DNA of 40,207 nucleotides from Phoronis australis (taxonomy: Eukaryota > Animalia > Phoronida): positions 1-40,207 of the forward strand of contig NMRA01001205.1 in assembly GCA_002633005.1 (NCBI GenBank), written 5' to 3'. This document shows, in pieces, positions 33,981 through 40,207 of this stretch. Below the pieces are notes generated by a model that saw only the letters and a list, made by a program, of their open reading frames with translations, ran no database searches and was not told where the DNA came from. Position 1 is the first letter of the stretch. Each line of letters starts with the position of its first letter. The position numbers and the translations under genes were made by a program.

Positions 33981-36900
33981 AATAAATCAGTTCAGTGTTC
34001 AGTTCAATCCTGTTCGTTTCACTGTGTAGTTCATGGATTGTCTACCTTGACAAAGTAAGATGCAACAGCACCTACTCATACACATTGCTTTACACATGGT
34101 TTCAAGGCCCGAACTCTCAAAAACGGTATTTTTCGCAAAGAACGGTAGATATATTGATAGTAAGGCAACGGTATTGATAACAATGTTAAAATTCCTTTGA
34201 TGAAAATGTTCTTTAATTGATCTCAGAAACACTGTTAAAGTTGTCAAATATAACCATGCCATTTTCGTTTAATGAACGGTGTTTAAATCATTGTATTTGA
34301 AATTTTACATCAAGCTAAAGGAATGTTGGCGTTTTTTCTATGGTCCTATATGACATAATCAAGGAGAACCCTGATCTCGCCACACCGGCAGTGAACCACC
34401 AACACAAAATGACACCAGAGTCGGAAAGATAAAAAATCACGGGAGTTGCCTCATACTTAAGGGCACGCGCCATGAGATGCTGTCTTACCCGATATACGAA
34501 TGACGGTAGAGGTGTGTAACTTTCGTTATTGACAACGTTATGGTCTTGATGACGTTTGCAGGCACAGTTCACCTCTTGTGACGACTGTGTGCTGTCCAGA
34601 TGATTGCAATTAAAATTAAGTGATAACTGTAATTTAGTTGTACTCTATATTGTACTCAATTATTAGTATTTTGGACTTTGTTTGACTAGTATACCAGGAA
34701 CATGCGGGACCTGGCGTCTCGAGCTGCTTTACACTGGTTGCAAGGCCCAATCCCTCAAAAAACGCTATTTGTTGCAAAAAAAAAACAAAGTAAGACAACG
34801 GTATTGATAACAAGGCCAAAACTCATTTGATGAATATGCTCCAGAACTGATCTCAGAAACACTGTTAAAGTTCTAAAATATAATCATGCCATTTTCATGT
34901 AATGAACGATGCTTAAATCATTGTATTTATTAGATATGAAGCTAAAGAAATGTTGGTGTTCTTTCTATTACATGACATGATCAAGGAGAACCATGATCTC
35001 GCCACACTGGCAGCAAACAAAGATGTCGCTGAACCACAATCAATACAAAATGAGTCGGAAAGGTGAAAAATCCCTCGAGTTACCTCATACGTGAGGGCAC
35101 GCGCTATGAGATACTGTCATATCTGATACATGAAGGACTATACAGGTGTGTAACTTCCGTTATTGGTAACATTTGGTATGGCTAACACTTTCACTCACAG
35201 TTCCCCTCTTGTGACAACTATGTGCTGTCCAGATCATTGCAATTAATTTTAAGGGATTACTGTATTTTAGTTGTAATCTGCATTGTACTCAATTATTAGT
35301 TTTTGGATTGTGATGAAGCACATTCACTTCAAATGGATAATGTCTCCATTACTCAAATCTCCTACCATTCGCTTTCACTAGACAATTGTTTCTTGTCTTG
35401 CTGGTACATTTGCGTTGACGCTAAGGCTCTTTCTAATCCCGAGTAACAATTGCATGTACACGCCAAGAAAAAAAGTGACGTTCAAGGTTACCAAATGCAT
35501 GCTGAATGGTGTTATTTGAATTTCTCTACGCACAACCAGATGGAGCTGAGGAGTGGTACTCGTACTCGATTATTGCCGTGGCAGGAACAAGGAATTTTCA
35601 GTTCGTATCCGAGTGGCAAATTGAAAACAATAGCTGATTTTTCGATTGTTTTTAAATCTGATTAATGCACGTTTTTGTTTATTTAGTGGTCATAAATACC
35701 CACGCCACAAAGATACGATGCGACCCACGGATTACCGAAACGGACGAAGAAGTAGGGAAGACGAAAATTAACAACCGAAGACTAAAATTAAGAAAGTAAT
35801 TTAACGTTGGTTGCGATTCTTAGTTAATTCATATAAATGGGATGGATTTCGATACACCGATTGTTGACAAGCTTGAAGGAAAATTATATGACAAATGAAA
35901 ATGTTTTAAAAGGCCCTATTATTCCCAAGGTTCACAAATGCAGCGGCATGAAAATCTAGTTATTTCGAAAATAGCCTGAAGGTCTGCGAGTTCAGAAACC
36001 TGTAATTTAAAGTTATCGACAACGGTGGCGGTAAACGAAAATTTGAAATTGTAATTAAATGCAACAGCGCAGTGCATATTACCGAACATTTTTTAATACT
36101 TTCGTGAGGCACTAAAATATGATCCTTTCTGTTTGGTTTTTGTTAAGTGTTTAAACCATAGTACTTGAAATTTTACACAAATCTTAACAACATTTTTTCT
36201 GGGAGTTCAAGAAATGTATACTTCAGTTCTTGGGTCATACAGGACTTGGACAAGAAGTGCCGTGACCTCGCCACCACTGACAGTGAAGTTGCCGTCAGAG
36301 CGCGCACCATGAGTTGCTGTCTTTCCCGATTAGATATCTGAAGTACGATGAAGGTGTATTACTTTCGTTATTGATAATATTGTAGTCTGCTTGACACTTG
36401 CAATTATAACTGTGTGTGGTATCCAGATCGTTGTATTAGATTTTAGGTGTTGTGTGTATTTTAGCTCTACTCCAGCTTTTTCTCAGTTGTTAATATTTGC
36501 ATATTTACTCCAATAGATAGATATGCTCATCTATTACAAGGAGAACACTGACCTCGCCATCTATCAATTGTGTTACTATTCTCTTGGACTAGACGTTTGT
36601 TACTTCTCTTGCTAGTGTATTAGTGTTGACGCAACGCACTTTCCAATCCCGACTAATCATTACATTAACATGTTAACACAAGTCCTAACATATCCAGGAA
36701 TATAGCATGAATAAATCCAAATGACACTGAAAGTCACAAAATGCATGGTGATTAGGGTTATTTGAAAACTTCCGCAGATGCTACAATCAAGTGGAACTGA
36801 GCAGTGGTTCCCGTGGTCGATTTCTGCTGGCAAAGGGACAAGGATTTTTTATGTGGTTTTCTCGTTGCAAACAGTTGATTTGTCGTTTGTTTGTAAATTT

Positions 36901-38639
36901 ATTAATACAGTCACGTTTTTGTCTATTTACACGCCATACTCATACCCCAACGATGCGCTGCGACCATTTGATAAGCAAAAATGAAAAAAAAAGGGTTTAA
37001 GACGAAAATTATAAAGGTAAATTAACGTTGCTTGCGTTTCATATACTTCAGTAATATCAATATGATACAGATCAATTCCTTGCAGGTTCTCAAGTTCACA
37101 CCCACAATACGACAAACGAAAAAATGTTTTGAGCCCTATCAGGCCGAAAGTTTACAAAATGCGATAAAAGAAAGCTTCTTAAATCGAAAAGCTCTACGCT
37201 CTAAAAGATCGAAACCAGTGATTCAAAGTCATCGATAGCATAGCAACAAAATATTGATGGCAGTAAACTAAAATTTGAAAAAAGTTGCAGCTCAGTGTAC
37301 ATTGCCGAACTTTGTTTAGAACTTTTCATGTAGCACTGGATCTTCGAAGAATTGGTTTCAAACAGGTAGGTGCTTACAAATCCCTAGAAATTTTGCTAAA
37401 AATCACTGTTCAGAAGTTCGTGTGGTGAAAGTTTGAACCATCGGAATGATGTGTATTGTGATTTCCTATCTTTGGCCCACTGTCTTTGTCACTTCTAGTT
37501 TACAATTGATGTCATTTAGATTTGATGGCTTCTAAAGGGAACTTGATTTCCTTTAAACCTTATTGTAGATTTTTATCCAATTGGCCATTCGTCGAAACGC
37601 TGAACTTTGGCTGACTAGTATACCATTATTATGGCGAACATGTCGTTGCGAGCAGTGACAGCATACCTGCAGGACAACTGACACGAATGACACCAGACCC
37701 AAAATGTATGGTGTCGTTCATTTTTGAATATCCTGGTTTCGACTACACGTGTTTAGTCATATGAGTCATCAAATTATGACTTCACTTGTTTTATTTGGAA
37801 AAGCGAAGTGCAAAATCTACTCGCCGGTCATTCAGGCATATGTCCATATTCACATACATTGGTTCACACCTGGTTTCAGGGCATTGCCTCTCAAAATCCG
37901 CTAAGTTCATCAAAAACACAGATTTGCAGAAAATCAACCATATCAATAACATAGTCGAATTTCATTTGATGGAAGTGTTTCAAAAGTGATCACAGACAGA
38001 CTGTTGATGTCCTAAAATATGTTCATTTCATTTCGATTTGGTGAACGGTACTTAAATCATAGCATTCAAAATTTTGCCTTAGTCTGAACGGCTATTTCTG
38101 AGATACAAAGCTTCAAAAGTAGAGTAATGTAGACCTTTCTTTCTAAGGTAATACAGGACCTGTACAAGCAGGACACTGTCCTCTCCACGGCTGGCAGTGA
38201 ACCAAGGATGTCGCTCAACCACCAACACAAAATGACACCAGTCATTAGTTTTATGAGCCATCAAAATTCTACCGAACACGTTTTGTTTTGATTTGGAAAA
38301 ACGAAGTGAAACATGTACTCGCCAGTCATTTAGATATCTGACTTTATTCATGTACACGGTTTCACACCTGGTTTCAGGGCGCAGTCTCCAAAATCGCGGA
38401 TCGAATTACTGGAAGTTATGTAATTAGGTGATTTTCTCAATCATCTTGGGTGATCTATGTTATATTTCTTCTCGGAGGTTAATAATTAATTTCATTTAAC
38501 CTTGACTGCTTGATTTCAGTGACTTTGCCGCTTGTCAACGTGAGGGACCATGGCGTCACAACCAGTTACAGTGCACCAAATTTGTTGTAGAACTTCTAAC
38601 ACGATTGACCATAGAGTCTAAAAGTCGAATGATGTCATT

Positions 38640-38669
38640 ATGCGCCCACATATTTATATGTGGACGCAT
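38640..38669 (+). mobile_element. Solo 5' hairpin of the HINE-like family
   Basis: ATGCGCCCACATATTTATATGTGGACGCAT, one mismatch from 15545-15574, with no element body after it. Confidence 0.75.
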
Positions 38670-38699
38670 TATTTTAATAAGTAGAGGTGGACCTGGGTT

Positions 38700-39750
38700 T
38701 CCTTGGCTATCAACACCGCTAATGTTTAATACATCGAAGCGAACTACACACTTTTATTCGAATAGTGTCCATCAATTGCCGTGAAAAAGTCTGGTTCTGT
38801 CAACATTCTTCAAGGCTTCAATGGCGTTAAATCCCTATAGTATACTATCGGGCAATCTTTTCAATGTGGACATGGGTGGACTTTTGAATGATTATATAGT
38901 TGTCCGTGTAGTATCTCCTGTGTACATCAATGATTTTATGTATGCCGATGATCTTGTTCTGTTCTCACCCTCAGTTGATGGTCTTTTTGAACTTCTTGCA
39001 GTATGTGGACATTATTGTTCACCACATGAACTTGAATATCACTATCAAGGAGGGTACTATTTTGTTTTAGAGGTAAATTGTTTGGAAGCTCTGCAGTACG
39101 CAACTGTTATCATTATGGTGAACCTTTAAATGTTGTACAAGAGATTGAATATTTGGTTATATAATAATTTGTTTCATTTTGGATTAATATGAGATCTCAT
39201 GCTTGCGGAGAAAACTATATGCTCAGGCCTACTCTGTAACTAAAACATTACATATCCGCAGTCTCCCTGTAAAATCAATTGTTTATCTCTATCTGTGATC
39301 CAATACGTAACACCCACCCGTTTATGAAATTTCAACATGTTAAATATCTCAAACCTTATGTGTTTCATAGGTTTTTCAAAATTTGAATGAACCAGTGCTG
39401 TATGTACCTTTTAATGCTCAGTTTCGTAAATTGACTCTACGAAAAGGTGTTTACCAATTTTGATGTCATCTGCGTGACAATTCTAATTTCTTTGTATGTG
39501 GTATGAATGAATCCGATTTTAAGTTACCTTTTACAATCCATACATTTTGGAATAAGTCACAGTGTCTATATAGCTCAGAGTCGTGTAGTTCGTATTAGGG
39601 AATATACTTTAAAATATTTTTAGTATTAGTTAACATTTGTTAAATCTATCATTATGTTTTATTCTAAGCATTAGTTTTATATGGTTGAATTTTTTATGCT
39701 GTACTGTTATGTATATTTAAAGTATTTCGGCAATAAAGTTTGTCAATCAC
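38700..39750 (+). mobile_element. Decayed 5'-truncated LINE reverse-transcriptase fragment plus 3' tail (RTE-X/L2/CR1-like)
   Basis: SILSGNLFNVDM...MYADDLVLFSPSVDGLFELLAVC (YADD at 38941-38952); frameshifted; T-rich 3' region ending AATAAAGTTTG (~39733). Confidence 0.8.
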
Positions 39751-39791
39751 TTCATACCCATACGCTTGTATCAAGTATCAACAAAGCAGTC

Positions 39792-40207
39792 GCCCAGGAA
39801 CATGTTGCAATGTATCATACATGTGGTTGACTTGCGGTTCTGGGTTCAAGACACGGTGATTGCCGTGGAAATCTTCAAATGTGGTATGATTACTAAATAA
39901 CGTTCAGGCGAAGGTTATTACATTGAATGACATAAATAACCAGTAGCACGTTGATGAACATATATGAACAAGATTCACCGAACAGGCATTTCATTACTGA
40001 CTATACATTGAGCAAAATCGTGCTGCTAAAGCAAGAGGGCTAAAAGTAACAACACTAAAATACTCTGTTTATGACCTCAATAACAGCTTGGTTACGGGAA
40101 CGAGTACTGACCAAGAAGTCGTCCAGGTACATGTTGAACTGTAGCATGCATGTGGTTCATTTGAGGTTCTGGGCTCAAGCCTAGGTGATTACCTTGGAAA
40201 TCTCAGA
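39792..40207. repeat. Direct repeat, two ~87-bp copies about 329 bp apart, related to 25003-25060
   Basis: CCAGG.ACATGTTG.A.TGTA.CAT.CATGTGGTT.A.TTG.GGTTCTGGG.TCAAG...GGTGATT.CC.TGGAAATCT at 39792 and 40121. Confidence 0.8.

Larger units (their letters stand above)
27000..38625. repeat. Rearranged tandem array (macrosatellite-like) of ~1.93-kb units
   Basis: CACCAGAGCCAAAAGTTATG at 30341 and 32271 (offset 1930). GACTTTG..TGACT.GTATACCA at ~30245, 32175, 33482, 34674, 37605. CACCAACACAAA.TGACACCAG at ~30821, 32748, 34398, 38220. TTGCGTTGAC-type module at ~27400, 31149, 33078, 35410, 36623. Confidence 0.9.

Noticed and set aside
31640-37115. LRR-like peptides (LENLQGIDL; DDFESLVSGLIDLQI) suggesting a decayed TLR/LRR gene cluster
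   Set aside because: No repeated LxxLxLxxN pattern and no TIR or transmembrane region found; frames are not conserved among array copies.

Overview
AT-rich metazoan (probably invertebrate) nuclear DNA. Bases 1-21343 (+) hold the last 20 coding exons of EXOSC10/RRP6, the exosome-associated DEDD-Y 3'-5' exoribonuclease. The gene starts upstream of the window. I spliced the exons by hand: all introns are GT-AG, phases are consistent, and the frame runs about 749 aa to TAG at 21341-21343. The two large introns contain non-autonomous Helentron-like (HINE/DINE-1-type) elements, one nested cleanly inside another, whose ~150-bp internal repeats each carry a CTCF-like motif. Intron 5 also holds an RT-deleted Hero/R2-group retrotransposon remnant, and a shorter intron holds a 164-bp palindromic MITE. 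Downstream I found no convincing gene. That region has a degenerate ~26-bp minisatellite, an ~11.6-kb rearranged tandem array of ~1.93-kb units interrupted by a foldback-like insertion and smaller elements, and a decayed LINE RT fragment. Family assignments rest on recalled motifs, not database searches.
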